A DNA stretch of 61,632 nucleotides, filler included, from Squatina squatina (GCA_031763465.1; 3 parts of 3 records of this genome joined end to end with filler, not necessarily neighbours in it); one strand, 5' to 3'; positions 11,609-24,915 are shown, counted from the first letter of the whole stretch. Made by a program: numbers and translations. Notes: generated by a model from the sequence alone, not told the origin.

Positions 11609-14274
11609 NNNNNNNNNNNNNNNNNNNNNNNNNNNNNNNNNNNNNNNNNNNNNNNNNNNNNNNNNNNNNNNNNNNNNNNNNNNNNNNNNNNNNNNNNNNN
11701 NNNNNNNNATTTTAATATGCAGCCAAGCTCGAGTGCTAGTCCGGTCAGAGAAGGCTGGCGTCAGGCTGGATCGAGGCTAGAAAAGGTCCAGGAAGTTTAC
11801 ACCTTCCCCTACAGCAGTCCCCTCCTTACCCTACCCTGACACACTTACCTTATGCAGAGGACCATTCCCTCAGATCCTTGGCAGTGGCCCCCTGTTGCCT
11901 GAAATCCCTCTCCCCTCCCGCCAGCAGGCAAGGTGGTAATTCCAGCTAAGAGCCTCACTTAAACAGGGAACTGGGCCCAGGAATGAAAGGGTCCCTTCCT
12001 GCCACTGCGACCAAATGAGCTAGATGTCCGTCCCTCCCTACAGGTCGCATTCACGTCCCAAGTTACAATCGGGGATTACAGTAACGTCGATTGTACAAGG
12101 TCAGTGGAAGTAATTGGATTAATGAGCCGAATGACCTTTTCTCATTCCATGCTTTCCTCAGTTCCCGGATTCCTACACGACACATAAAAATTGTTAACTT
12201 GCTAATCGTTGTATTGACTGAAGCCACACATTTGAAACTGGATCTCAGGCTGACTAAAGCGCCGACAAATCACCTTACACTAGAAACAGTACTCTGACTT
12301 CTCCATTCCACGTTGAATATCTTGTTCCGACACAACAGCCACATTTATTAAAGACCTAATCAGTTTAGTCAACCTGTCAGACTTGACATCCTACATATAC
12401 ATACATTAGGATTTCTTGCTGAGCCTAACAAAATAATAGCTTGCCTGGAGTGCTTTACAAATTTGCAACATAGTTGCAAGCTTCAGGTGATATCATAAAC
12501 TATGACAGCAAAACTCAAAGGAATTTGTAAAGTCACCTGAGCCCTTAAAATTGCTTTAAAGACTTGTAATGTACNNNNNNNNNNNNNNNNNNNNNNNNNN
12601 NNNNNNNNNNNNNNNNNNNNNNNNNNNNNNNNNNNNNNNNNNNNNNNNNNNNNNNNNNNNNNNNNNNNNNNNNNCGCCCGATGGAACTAGAAGCATAAAC
12701 ATCAAAAGCTTAGATTCTGGCAGAGACTGTGAGAGAGAGAGAACGAGAGAAATTTAAAACAGTAAAGCAGTCAAAAAGGTGAAGAGAAAATGACAAGCCA
12801 CAATTGGAGAGCAGATGGCAAAATACAAATATTCCTGAGCAGTTAGGATGTAAACAAGGCACACTGAGTAAAGTAGCTCAAGGCTCAGTGGTCTGTCTAA
12901 ACATTGTATGCTTCCTGGGATTCACAACAAGTCCAACTCTGAAGTGGGTTAAAAAAGCAAGGATAATTCGCCGAACTTGTAATCCTAGAGCACTAGCAGA
13001 TCACTGCCTGTTGATATTTTTGGGATATATTCGATTAGTCTTGATGGTTACTGGCACGGTAATATTTAATGATTCCTCCCTAGTGTCTTAATATATGACA
13101 TTAAAAATGACAGCGAGTTATGCTTCTTTGTAAAGCTGATAGTAAACAAGTACTGAAATACTAAAATGATTGTGCTAGTGTTTATTTGTTTCACCCTAAA
13201 TATAGCATTCGGTTTTATAATTTCCTGTCTGGTTCAGTGTGAAGTGCAGTGTAATTAGAATCCCTCACAGATTTTGTTCTGATTTTGATAGAAGTCTGGC
13301 CAGGTTTTTCTGATGATGCTGAGCATTCCGGTTTGTTTTTTTAGATGCTCATCAAATTGCATTGGACTAAATTTGACAACTGTTTTCCTAAGTACCTTCA
13401 GGATATAAAGATCATTATGGGACAAAATCCCTCTTTGCATCGGAAAATGTATCTGTGGCATTGTGTGATTCATCAAGATCGAGGTCACCACAAGGCACTC
13501 ACAACTGAGAAGCCAATCAGAGCAGACCTGCAATAATGTTACTCATAAAGCCTCAAACAAGCCAATTGTGAAACCCATGTTATTATGGGCTAATGGAAAG
13601 ATTCTGGTGCGGATTACAGTTTAGTACATATTGTGCTTTAACAGTACAAATCAGAGTATAGCCTTGATTATGGAATAGTGTAGGTTATGTTATAATACTG
13701 AGGTACCATTAAAATAATGGACTTAATGCAGAGCTGTATGGACAGATGTGTGTCCATTGCTTACTTCTGCTATTCTTGAGAACATTGACTTGTGCTGGCT
13801 GCACTCGAATACCTTCCCCATTATCACAACTATCTCAGAGGCTTGGCTATAACTCTCAAACAGTCTTTCAAAAGAGAGGCACCTCATGAGAAGCAGCCAT
13901 ATTCATTCGCAATGTTGGCCAAACAATAAACAACTCTTTCATTTTGGGTGAAATTACACATTTTTAAGAAACTGGGCTGTAGGAGAGATTTGCTGGTTAA
14001 GTCCACTACTTCAGTCACCAGGAGGAGGAGCAGGTTCTCTAGCCACCCTCTGATGTCTGTTTCACTACTCCCTGCTTTGATAAAAGGAAAACAACAGATT
14101 ATCCCCTATTTTACTCCAGTCTAATGAGAAGCAACATATTTTGCAAACATAAAAGTACCAGGTCATGGGGGGAAGGGGGTCATTTTCCAAGTGCATCCTG
14201 GCGAGGGGCAGCCTCACCTGGTGGCAGGGAATATTGAATCACAGGTGTGCTGCTGATATTTTCATATGTGCTTA

Positions 14275-14450
14275 CGGCAGGCGGGGCTCTGCACTGGCGA
14301 CAGCGGGAGGAGGGGGGGCTCTACAGTGGGGTGGGAGGGCTCTGCACTGGTGATGGGGAGAGGGGAGTGATGGAGAAAGGCGGGTGGTGGGGAGAGGGGG
14401 TGATTGGGGGACGGGGTGATGGGGAGAGGGGGTGATGGGGAGAGGAGGGA
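14275..14450 (+). repeat. G-rich low-complexity repeat (GGGGAGAGGGG(G)TGAT-like units)
   Basis: Many G3-G7 tracts in imperfect tandem units. Confidence 0.8.
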
Positions 14451-14549
14451 ATTTACAGATGATAACTGACTAGTTTCCAAGTTGTGACATAGCAGAAACC
14501 TGAAAAATCTTCGACAAATGCTCAAAATACCACCACAGTCAAGAAATGG

Positions 14550-14633
14550 TAGAACCATAGGAGCAGGAGGAGGCCATTCAGCCCCTCGAACCTGTTCCGC
14601 CATTCAGTGAGATCGTGGCTAATCTGCATTTTA
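14550..14633 (-). mobile_element. CR1 LINE 3' end
   Basis: AGAACCATAGGAGCAGGAGGAGGCCATTCAGCCCCTCGAACCTG is the reverse complement of the CR1 tail. Confidence 0.8.
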
Positions 14634-14734
14634 ANNNNNNNNNNNNNNNNNNNNNNNNNNNNNNNNNNNNNNNNNNNNNNNNNNNNNNNNNNNNNNNNNN
14701 NNNNNNNNNNNNNNNNNNNNNNNNNNNNNNNNNN

Positions 14735-15895
14735 CTCCCCGTCTTCTGTCTCAGTGGCTTCTTCAGCCTCCTCCATCACGCTACTGTGGCCTGATGGCGA
14801 TGCTGGTATTGAAGTGAGTCATCTGCAACGACAAACAGCACATACTTTAGATGGTTGAAATGAAAGGTTGCACCTATGTGGCATCACCCATGTCCACAAT
14901 GGGCAAGCATACAGGAATCTAGCCTCCCGCATTTATGGTGAAGTGCCATCATACCGACTCCAAAACTTACCAATGTTGCCAGTCACTGGACCTGCATTGC
15001 CCTGGGCAACAGGGTCCTCCACTTGAGGGCCGATCAGCTGCAGGACCCTTCCCTCCAGCTCAGTGAGGGACACCCCTGATGGTGGGCCACCACATGTTCC
15101 AAGATGTGTAGCCCTATTTGCTGCTACCTTGGCCTGCAAATGAAATGGCTGTCTTAGCATCATGATATGGCAACCTCTGCATGCTCATCCTTCAGATGAG
15201 ATACATGCATCATTTGCGGCAGCTGATAATAGTATAACATCTTAAAGCATCAGGAATGATGATTGCATTTAGTGTGTAACTATTCTTCTATGCTGCAATG
15301 ATGTACTTCTCTGTAGCAAAGCAAGTGGCACTCAACCGCATCAACCAAGTTAAGTTGTTGAACTTTTTGCGGCATTGGGTGCACACGTCGACATCGGCAG
15401 CTAACCCCGTCTTTGGCGATGGCCTACTGCATCACCCTATGAACTGATGGGGCGCTCTCCTTCCTGAGGAAGGGTACAGCTACCCGCTCCTCCTCTCCAC
15501 CGATGACATCAATGTATCCAGTGCCGCATCAGTGAACTTTCTGCTTCTATGATAGATCTCAGACATAGTTCACCAGTAGGCCTTCTCTCTTGCAACAATT
15601 CTTCATTGAGCCAAACAAACTGCTGGACTATGAACAGCCAGACTTTTATGAGGAACAAGGCAGTGGGAATGCAATTGCTTAACGAGATGTGTCACGTGAA
15701 ACTGGTTGCTAAATTGAAGAGAGTGCCCCTCCAATGTCTCGATGCAGCTTTCAGCGCCTGCGACAGTGCCACACCTGGAAACCCCAGAAACTTCAACCAA
15801 TTTTCCAACACCTGGGCATTAGGAACGCCGGACGCTATTGAGGCGCTATTTCATGCCGCAGCGATTCCAGCACAGCGTACATGAATTTTGGGCCC
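14735..15895 (-). mobile_element. Harbinger fragment with a decayed, spliced Myb/SANT-like gene
   Basis: Minus-strand peptides RSRKFTDAALDTLMSSVERRS..LYPSSGRRAP and TQCRKKFNNL, a second exon (KVAANRATHLGTCGGPP..SLTELEGRVLQLIG) and an acidic third exon. The element ends GAATTTTGGGCCC. Confidence 0.75.
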
Positions 15896-17851
15896 TTAGA
15901 GTCCTTAAATACCCAGCGAAGGTCCTCATTTTCTTATTGCTACTGCTCAGTTTTAGGAAAGGGTATTTACTGACATGGTAATTTAAGTAAAGCAATTATT
16001 GCCTCGTGTATGGATACAAGCCTGTATAATCCCCTAGAAATGCCTGGAAGAAATAGGTAGCAAAAAACTTAAAAGCTGCTGTCATCTTCATGACTACCTG
16101 TGAAGATGTAGCAATTACAGATTTACAGAGGTTAATCAGAATTTGTCTGCATTTCAGAATTAACATGAATAATTAATTTCCAATTGTAACAATGGTCTAT
16201 TTCCTTTATATTTTGAACACAATATTTTTCATATGATGTTTTGGGCAGCATGTTCCCTTGGGCAGGTATTGTTTCTTGTTTTCCTGTGGTTGTTGCTGTT
16301 TCTGAAATTATCGGGACAGTTCCAATCAAAGCCTATGATGCAGAAGCAGCTATACTGTGGTCTGCACTTGATGTTTGAGTTTGTGATGGGAAATAACGAC
16401 AGCTTAATTATTGCCTTACATGCCTCTTGGTAAATATTACTGCTAGGCATTAACAACAATTGNNNNNNNNNNNNNNNNNNNNNNNNNNNNNNNNNNNNNN
16501 NNNNNNNNNNNNNNNNNNNNNNNNNNNNNNNNNNNNNNNNNNNNNNNNNNNNNNNNNNNNNNAGAGATGAGCACAGGCAACGGTAGTGCTGCAGACATCT
16601 CCAAAATGGCGGCCGCTGTGTCCCGCGCCAGAAAACATGGAATTTCTAGGCCACAACATCACAAGGTCTTAGATCTTTAATAAAGAATTGCTCCCTATAC
16701 CACAAAAGTATAATTCTATTGCACCACCGACTTAAAAGAATGTTAGCTGTGTACACTTTGTAAGACAAAGGGACAATACAAGATAGACCTCATTTCCCAA
16801 ATATCAGCTAAGATCGTTTCCCCATTTTAACTCTGTGTAGCGATGTGATCCTAATCAGCCATGGCATTGCAAAACANNNNNNNNNNGCTGAGCTGTGACA
16901 GCATTTTAAAAATAATGATATGCTGAAGAAAAATATGTATTTGCTTTTGGAATATGTGCGAGAGTAATCTTTGGATTTGTAAAAAAAGTGTGTTAAGTGG
17001 GTGGAAATGCATATAGACCATTTAACTACTTTTTAATTAGCCATGGAGAAGTGTAGGAGAAGTGCATTAATTATAATCAGTGTAGTAATCCCTACTTGAA
17101 AGAGATGTTGGGTTTAATAAATAAGCTGCATGCAATAAGAGTGCTTCCTCTGTTATTATAATTAATTTAATCTACTTTACACCTCATGGCTCAGAATAGT
17201 GTGGGGTTAAATCAGTCCTTTAAGTTTCTTTATTGAACTTTGATTTTCAATATAAACAAAGGTTTTCTTTTTGAATTAATTTCACGTCGAATCAAACCAA
17301 AATTAATAGCAATTACCAACTCTTATCAACTAAGAGCTAAATAGATGAAAATTCAGTTTTGGGTTATGAACCTAGTGGAGATGACTGCCAGATGAAAAGC
17401 CATAAACTAATCTCTCATCATCATGAAGATATTAGTTTGCTGTGAAAGGAACTGCTGCTGTAGATGGCAAACTCTAAATGTAAGCCAAGTAATGTTCAAT
17501 CATTAGAGACAACATGCAAAACATGTCTTTGAATTTAGATTTAGATTCTAGCATAAATGGCAGAGTGGTATGTCATCAAAGGCAGAGAAACCTCAAAAAT
17601 ACACGGCCACTGCCGGGATGACCAGCTGAAACACTTGTGCCCACCTCCGTGCAAGTAACGGAGTCATGCTGCTGCCATTCGCTTTACCAACCATTAAGGA
17701 AGGTACCAACATTGAAGTAAATAGTGACTTTAGAAAAACTACACACCTGCAAGCCTGGACATCCACAGTTGTTTTGCAAGTTAGTATTTTCCTTATGTTT
17801 CTACAGTAGCAGGCCTGGAAACTGTTGTTGAAGAACCACTTTAAGAACTAG

Positions 17852-18362
17852 GGGCGCCCAATTCGGGTTGTTTTAAGTTTCTGGCGCTAAGGGCCGAATT
17901 GGGCAACGCAAAGTTCTGCCAATTTGTGGTAAAACTTCTTGCGCGAAATTGGCGCAAAACTGGCGTTAAGCCACTTTTGGCGCAAAAATTCGGGTCCCGT
18001 TTGCGCCGGTGCAAAACGGGCTCAAAGCCCATACTGCTCGAGGCGCTGGCGTTAGCCTTAACACGGCGCTGTGACATCATCATTGTGCACCCCGCCCAAA
18101 ATGGCTGCCCTTCCAGAATTGCACAGCGTCAGTGTGCACTAAATCCAGCGGTGACAACGCCTGTCTTTTTCNNNNNNNNNNNNNNNNNNNNNNNNNNNNN
18201 NNNNNNNNNNNNNNNNNNNNNNNNNNNNNNNNNNNNNNNNNNNNNNNNNNNNNNNNNNNNNNNNNNNNNNNGGGCTTCACTGAAAATTTTCAAAGAGTCC
18301 CATTTCCAGCGCTAAATTCGGCACTTAGCGCTAGAAACTTTAAAAACCCAAATTGGCTGCCC
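17852..18362. mobile_element. Harbinger-type element with ~50-bp imperfect terminal inverted repeats, spanning a 100-N gap
   Basis: Left end GGGCGCCCAATTCGGGTTGTTTTAAGTTTCTGGCGCTAAGGGCCGAATT matches the reverse complement of the right end, GGGCAGCCAATTTGGGTTTTTAAAGTTTCTAGCGCTAAGTGCCGAATT. Flanks are TAG and AAG. Confidence 0.75.
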
Positions 18363-19359
18363 AAGATGGCATAGCCACAAATGGTGGAGTGATTAAAATC
18401 GGGGATACGGAAGTGGCCAGAATTGGAGAACTGGAGAGGAGTAGTAGAAGACAGGAGGTATATTTGGGGAAGATCGGGGGGACAAAACAGCTCCAAACAA
18501 AATCATTAAATATAATAACATTAAAATACTTTACTTGGGTAGCAACCATTGCAACATAAATTATAGACAATATGGTAGTTTATCTCATCTGTATATGCAA
18601 ATTTGGCCTAATTAAAATGCTACGGTAACATGCTTTCCTATTTAGCATAACAGAAATCAACCCTGGAGGTTTAATAAAGATATATAGAGCACAACAACCT
18701 GTTTCAAATTACCAAAATGTGCCCATGCAAATTAGATTTAATCACATAATTTATTGGATGTGTTATTCTTATTAGTTGCAAGTTCCGTATAGATTGGAGT
18801 CAAGGGTTTTGAAATTTTATTAAAAGTGTGGTCAACTTTACGTGAACAGTACTGCTTTCCAGCTCTTTTGTTGATGTGAAATATAGCACCTAATAACTAT
18901 TCTGACTAAAAACTAGTGAACAGCTGGAAAGGATGTCCTCAGCAAGACACTGTCTTCCTTTCAGTGTTGTACAGCTACGCTCCTTTTAATTGGACAACTC
19001 ATGCAGTCTGTTGAAAGCATTTCTTTTCAAACCAGGTAATTTTTGAAGGCTTCGAAGTTGAAGTAGAGAACAGTGAATTGGTTACTATTTAGTTTTACTG
19101 ATATTACTTCACAATTGTATTAATTTGTATAATGATTCCAATATATTGTCATTCTGCTAATCCTGTTGTGTTCAGTGACCCTTTGCAGCTTGCAAATAAC
19201 ATCTAACTGAGCAGCTTGATTGCATGCCTCGTGTCAGTGCACAGCAGTTTTCATATTGNNNNNNNNNNNNNNNNNNNNNNNNNNNNNNNNNNNNNNNNNN
19301 NNNNNNNNNNNNNNNNNNNNNNNNNNNNNNNNNNNNNNNNNNNNNNNNNNNNNNNNNNA

Positions 19360-20445
19360 GTACAATGACCACATAGTGCCAGTATCTGATCTGGTGCATG
19401 TGGGTGAGAGAAGCAGTAATGCAATGGATGGCTCGTCCTCCTCCTCATCCTCCTCCCCCTATCCTTCTCCCTCCTGACTGTATTACCTGACTGTGTTGTG
19501 GGGGCTCAGGCACAGACTGCTCATCTGGTGGATCAATATCTGAAAGCATAAATGGCATAAGTGTCGCATTAAGGTTAGGGCAGGGGAGGCAGGAATGGAG
19601 CAAGGAACGTAGGCAGAATGAGGAGCTGCAAAGTTCTAAGGCCTTATGTTTTAACAGGGAAATGGGATGAGAAAAATGATGCAAATACCATTGTTGCCCC
19701 CTGCGGGCTGGGCATCTCCTGCGGCCATGGAGTCCACCACCTGCAGGCCAATGAGCTGCAGCAATCACTCCTCAAGGTCAGAGAGGGGTCTGAGGTCAGG
19801 TTCCTCTCCTCCAGTCTGCTGCTGCTGCAGCCTTTTGCATGCCAGCTTGGCCTGTATGTAGGCAAGGCGTGAAATGAGGCTGTGACTGTGAGTAGGCACA
19901 GATGGTTCATGGTTGCATTCTGGATCAGTGCTGGTTTGCGGACTGTGAACAGACAAAGGCTCAGAGGCTCCTGACACCTCCTCTTCCACCACTGCCCACA
20001 TGGCCCTGAAAACCTGTGGCACAGGCCTTCTTCCAGATGGTGGGAACAGTGCCTCCCTCCTTCTTTCTACTGCCCCCACTGAATCTGTTACTGTTCTTTG
20101 TGCTGGTGCAGCAGCCATGTCACAGCTTCCTTGCAGCTCAGTGAACTGAGGAAATGATGAGAATGAGCAGGTGATGCCTGAAACGACATCACCTTTAAGA
20201 ACTGGAATGAACAGCAACCTCATTATCGGTGAATGAAAGTCAGGTGAAATTGGGTGCAGCCTCAGTAATATCACTCCTGCAGCGCCCCACTGAGACCATT
20301 AGCGCCTCAGATACCGCCTTGCTGCAATTCTGAAGGAAAAGTGCTCAATTTCCCACAATTTTGCAGCCCATCTCGCCGAGCGCCAAAAGCTCAATAATAT
20401 AAAAGTTAGCGCCCCAAACATGGCGCTACCAAATTTCGTCCCCAA
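19360..20445 (-). mobile_element. Third Harbinger fragment with a Myb/SANT-like gene remnant
   Basis: ORF 19765-20274 contains AVERRREALFPPSGRRPVPQVFRAMWAVVEEEVSGAS, a Myb/SANT-like motif of Harbinger ORFs. The end reads AAAAGTTAGCGCCCC...AAATTTCGTCCCC. Confidence 0.75.
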
Positions 20446-20902
20446 ACCCTGTCCTTCCTATCATCAGCTTACTTCATATAAATGTATAAACTCTGCTCGC
20501 TTAAAGTGTGTCTGTCGTCTAGTCCAATGGTCTGAATTTTTAGAAAAGCAAGTTGTGACATCAAATAATCTAATGAAGGATACTCTAATGGTATCATGAA
20601 AGTTCTTTCCAGAATACTGCCACATAGGCCTTTCCATTTCACCCAAACTAACCTCATCATGTAGCTGTTAACTGAAACACTATGTATTGTATATAATAAT
20701 AAAACCACAGAAGCACTGCAAAGTACATTGTGACCTTTACAAGATTGCAGCTGGATGAAAGATCAATACATACCTTTTTAGATTATTACTTTTCGAGCAG
20801 AGCAGCAGTATGTCTACAAAACAAATGACTTGTTCTCTGTTCAACCACTGTCATACTCTTTGATATATATAAGGGGCTATTGTTGCACACTGAGAATTCT
20901 GC

Positions 20903-20965
20903 ATAGAAAACATAGAAAATACAGCACATAACAGGCCCTTCGGCCCACAATGTTGTGCCGAACCT
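20903..20965 (-). mobile_element. CR1-type LINE 3' tail
   Basis: CATAGAAAACATAGAAAATACAGCACATAACAGGCCCTTCGGCCCAC is the reverse complement of a microsatellite-ended CR1 tail. Confidence 0.7.
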
Positions 20966-21789
20966 TTGTCCCAGATCAGAAAACANNNNNNNNNNNNNNN
21001 NNNNNNNNNNNNNNNNNNNNNNNNNNNNNNNNNNNNNNNNNNNNNNNNNNNNNNNNNNNNNNNNNNNNNNNNNNNNNNNNNNNNNCCGTATACACAAGCA
21101 TTGCATAAAATTTGAATATCCGATAAAATTAGCTGCACAGAAATTTCTCACTATATAATATCTTTAAGTGAATTGATCTCCATTTAACTACCTACATGTT
21201 TCACTCCAGTGCACTAAATTCAAGAGTCTTAATTTAAGACCAAAGGATTAGCACTTCTGAGCAACAGCAAAGGCAATTTTAGCTCAGCTTAGTCTTCATA
21301 TCTGCTCAATTAACCTTAAAGGCCTTTAGAACAAAAGTCAGTATGATGCACGTCAAGAGAATTGGAAAATACCAACTATCTGTCAAGATATTGACATTCG
21401 TCAGCATCTCTGTGGCTGTGCTCGGAGCTGAAATTAGTTGGTCCAGTGTGGATAGACTTAGTAAGGAGTTCAACTTTGGGCATTAAAATGCAGAGGCCAT
21501 GCCTGCAAATAGTCATACTGGACAGCTTTCAACACACTGTATCAGTGTGGTTATACATTAACTGGCATCAGGATATCACACAAGCACAACAATAAAGAAA
21601 GACTACACTGCTCACTTAACGTCAGCACATTCACTGTGATAGAAAANNNNNNNNNNNNNNNNNNNNNNNNNNNNNNNNNNNNNNNNNNNNNNNNNNNNNN
21701 NNNNNNNNNNNNNNNNNNNNNNNNNNNNNNNNNNNNNNNNNNNNNNCTGCATAGCACCTGAAAAACAGGCGCTATACACACCCCAATTT

Positions 21790-21935
21790 CAGGGCCTGGT
21801 CTGTGTTGAGCTAGCTGATTTAGACTAGACTGGTGATGAAGATGCTGCCTTTGGCCTATGTTCCTCGATTGGGAAGGTGAAAAAACAGCCAGGTTTCCCA
21901 TTCCTGATTGCTATCCAATGAACCCATGTTGAAAG
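21790..21935 (+). repeat. Old SINE-like interspersed repeat, with related copies at ~25985-26190, ~30545-30620 and ~46810-47100
   Basis: Shared motifs GGTCTGTG(C/T)TGAG(C/T)TAGCTGAT...TTGGCCT...GGAAGG(G/T)GAAAA..AGCCAGG.TTCC..(C/T)TCCTGAT across the copies. Confidence 0.55.
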
Positions 21936-24263
21936 ATGTATCGGGCTGTTGTCTCCTCTCCCTTCCCACCATCTGGGCTTGTCAAGCAAAGCACATCTGA
22001 CATCATACATCGCTGCAATGCTGTAATCTGCTTTTCACTTGGGAAATATTTACATATTTGGAGGTTGGGTGAGGACAGGATCAAGCTCCAGTCACCACCC
22101 CAAGAACACATGAAATATGTCCAGTCAGGCAAGGTGCCAGAGGAAGTGCACCAAGCATATGACGACACTTTCAAAAAAGGAGCTTAAAGTGGGAGAACCT
22201 GGGGGGAAAAGGACATTTTAAAATGTCTAAATAGATATTTGTTGGAAAGAATCTAGAAATACTCATTGATAATTGCTAAAGGATCGTTGCTACTCTTGCC
22301 AGAAGCTTTGCTCGGTTCTATGAATAGACTATACTGTAAAAACTGTTACGATGGCCAACAGGGAAAAGTATTGTAATCTCGCACAGTGCAACTGTTCCTG
22401 TGTTGATTTTCACATCAATGTCTTAATTGTTGTTTTTTTTAAATTTATATGGCCCATAGCACCTGAGGTGCTATTGTGACCTCTCTATGCACTTGCTGAC
22501 ATTATCCTACACAAAAAGTTGGTAAACATCACACAAGATAATGCACCTTTAATGACTTAAGGGAATTTGGCTTTTACAGGCTGCGCACCATTCTTCTTTG
22601 AAGTGAAAATATCTCCATTGTAGATCAAAACCACTTCAGGTCACTATTAATTCAGTTGACAGAAGCAGGCTGTTCAAGTCACAGAGGGGTCTGTGCATTA
22701 GAGTTAATGCATGTGCTAATTGTGCATTCATTTCTGGTAATTTTGTACATTAGCATTAATAGAGCACTTGCACAAATTTTGACCATACTTCTAAATTTGC
22801 TTCTGGGAGTTATTTTTNNNNNNNNNNNNNNNNNNNNNNNNNNNNNNNNNNNNNNNNNNNNNNNNNNNNNNNNNNNNNNNNNNNNNNNNNNNNNNNNNNN
22901 NNNNNNNNNNNNNNNNNCATGTGAATGAATCCATTACAATTTTACAACTATGGGGTTGATGTTAACCTGGATTAGGTTCCAGTAAGGCAGAAGAACGGCG
23001 AGTGCGAAACACACTCTCTAGGTTAAGTTTAAGGCCTGGGGTATTATAGTTCCCAAACCTCATTTAAATTCTGCTGTAATGGGTGGAAAGAGAGTGCAAT
23101 GTGGCTGCCAGCAGCAAAGATTAGGTGGCAAGGTAAATGGTGGGGAGGGGGCTTCATGAGGTTCTCAAGGAAGGGAAAGGGGTGTCTGTGGCAGGGTTGG
23201 CTTACCTGGAGAGCTTCTCGTCCTTCTCAGTAGCTGCTAAGCTGGCATCTTCCCTGCTAAGGCCCCAGTTAAAATGCCATCAGGATCCTATTGATATTAT
23301 AGGACCCCAATTAGCAATTACGCATGAGGCTCCTGCCGGAGACTGGCAGATATCTCATCTGTTGTCAAAACCAATGGCGTTAAAATCGGAGAATGGCAGA
23401 AATGGAACAGGAATTGGAGCCGGAAATGGAGTGGCTCCACTTTAACAATTTGCCTGTTCCATTCCCACCCAATGAGGAGAGTTAGAACTCCTCCTTATGA
23501 TTTTGAAAGATTCAAATGTGAAATTCTGGAAAGGAATTCTCCTTTTAAAAGTGCTTGGAAAGTTCGGATTTTAAACCATTTATACTCTGCTGTTGTAGAA
23601 ATGTGAACAGCGATGTATGCTCATTGCCAAATGTGATGCACCAAAACCTGGCTGCTGTTTAAATAAGTGTACTGTGTAATTTACAGGAACTGATGCACCA
23701 CAGTATCACCCCTGTTTATGTCAGTTTGAATTTTATTTCAACAATTACATTTTTCTTCGATGTCTTTGGGCAGATTGTCCAACATGCAGCTGCTAAGGGC
23801 ATGTACATGGTAAGGAGTTGAATATTAATACTTAATTACCACCCAAGCTGTACCTGGGATATGCAGCTTTCAGTTATTAATGCTACTTTCAACCTCCCAA
23901 TAAAGTGCCTGTTTTAAATAATCTACCAAGTGCTACTTGACCTCAATAATTTAGCACTGGGTAATACCATAGATTAATTCAGTGCAAAGTGCAGTGCAAT
24001 TCAAAAAGGTCCAGGATATAATTTAAAATTTTGTTCCAAGAATTGCCTCCAAGACCTCAGCACTTTCCCCGCAGAAGCAGAAGTGGGTGAAGTGCTGAGG
24101 TTTAATGCGGAATTCTGGGAACAGAAACAATCAGTTGTAGATGCCATGCAGCAGTGTTTGAAANNNNNNNNNNNNNNNNNNNNNNNNNNNNNNNNNNNNN
24201 NNNNNNNNNNNNNNNNNNNNNNNNNNNNNNNNNNNNNNNNNNNNNNNNNNNNNNNNNNNNNNN

Positions 24264-24335
24264 TCTTGAGTGTTGTTGGAGCTGCACTCATCCAGGCAAG
24301 TGGAGTGTATTCCATCACGCTCCTGACTTGTGGCT
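24264..24335 (-). mobile_element. LINE ORF2 C-terminal fragment
   Basis: QVRSVMEYTPLAWMSAAPTTLK, resembling the vRp.lEY...vW motif of CR1/L2-group ORF2. Confidence 0.7.
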
Positions 24336-24629
24336 GCATGCATCTAAATCCTGGGTCAAGCCCTTTAAGAACTACAATTGGGCTCGATATTCCATTGCTC
24401 CCTTTGGGTCAGCTTCTGTCAGGGGCCCAATCCTAGTCATGATTCACTCTGCACACCTAATTAGGGCTCCATTTGAGATACGATGAGGTGGGCTGTTCCC
24501 ATTTCTGATGGGCGCAAATCAGCAGCTTAAACACCGGGACCAGATAATCTCCCCTTCTATTTATAAGGTAAACAGATTTGGTGAGTGATTTTAAGTCTGG
24601 AGTTGATAGCATTGAGTATTTCAAGTGCT

Positions 24630-24915
24630 TCAGAGGCCAGGATTGAGAGGTTATATTACAAAAAGAAAGGCTGGGAAAATTGGGGATTTTTGTGACTGGA
24701 AAAGAGAAGGTTAAAGCAGAATCTAATGAAGGCCAAGCTTATGAAAGGTTTTGAGAGGATTAATGCTGAAATCTTGCTTCCACCGGTTCACGAATCAGTA
24801 ACAAAAGGGCATAGATTCAGCATTATCACTAGAAGAATGAAGGGGGAAGTTAGAAGGAACTTTTCACAGACAGGATTATTAGGATGTAGAATGCTTAACC
24901 ACAATGGCTATTGTG
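24630..24915 (+). mobile_element. Degenerate CR1 ORF2 3' fragment
   Basis: LEKLG.F.LEKRRL..DL...KLMKGFERI...T(K/R)GH.F.I......EVRRNF. Confidence 0.7.

Noticed and set aside
13345-13536. ORF starting right after a TTTTTTTAG acceptor-like site
   Set aside because: There is no convincing donor and no recognisable protein similarity.
24041-24163. Open frame NCLQDLSTFPAEAEVGEVLRFNAEFWEQKQ as a coding exon
   Set aside because: The acceptor is weak, there is no recognisable homology, and the sequence is better explained by the hairpin.
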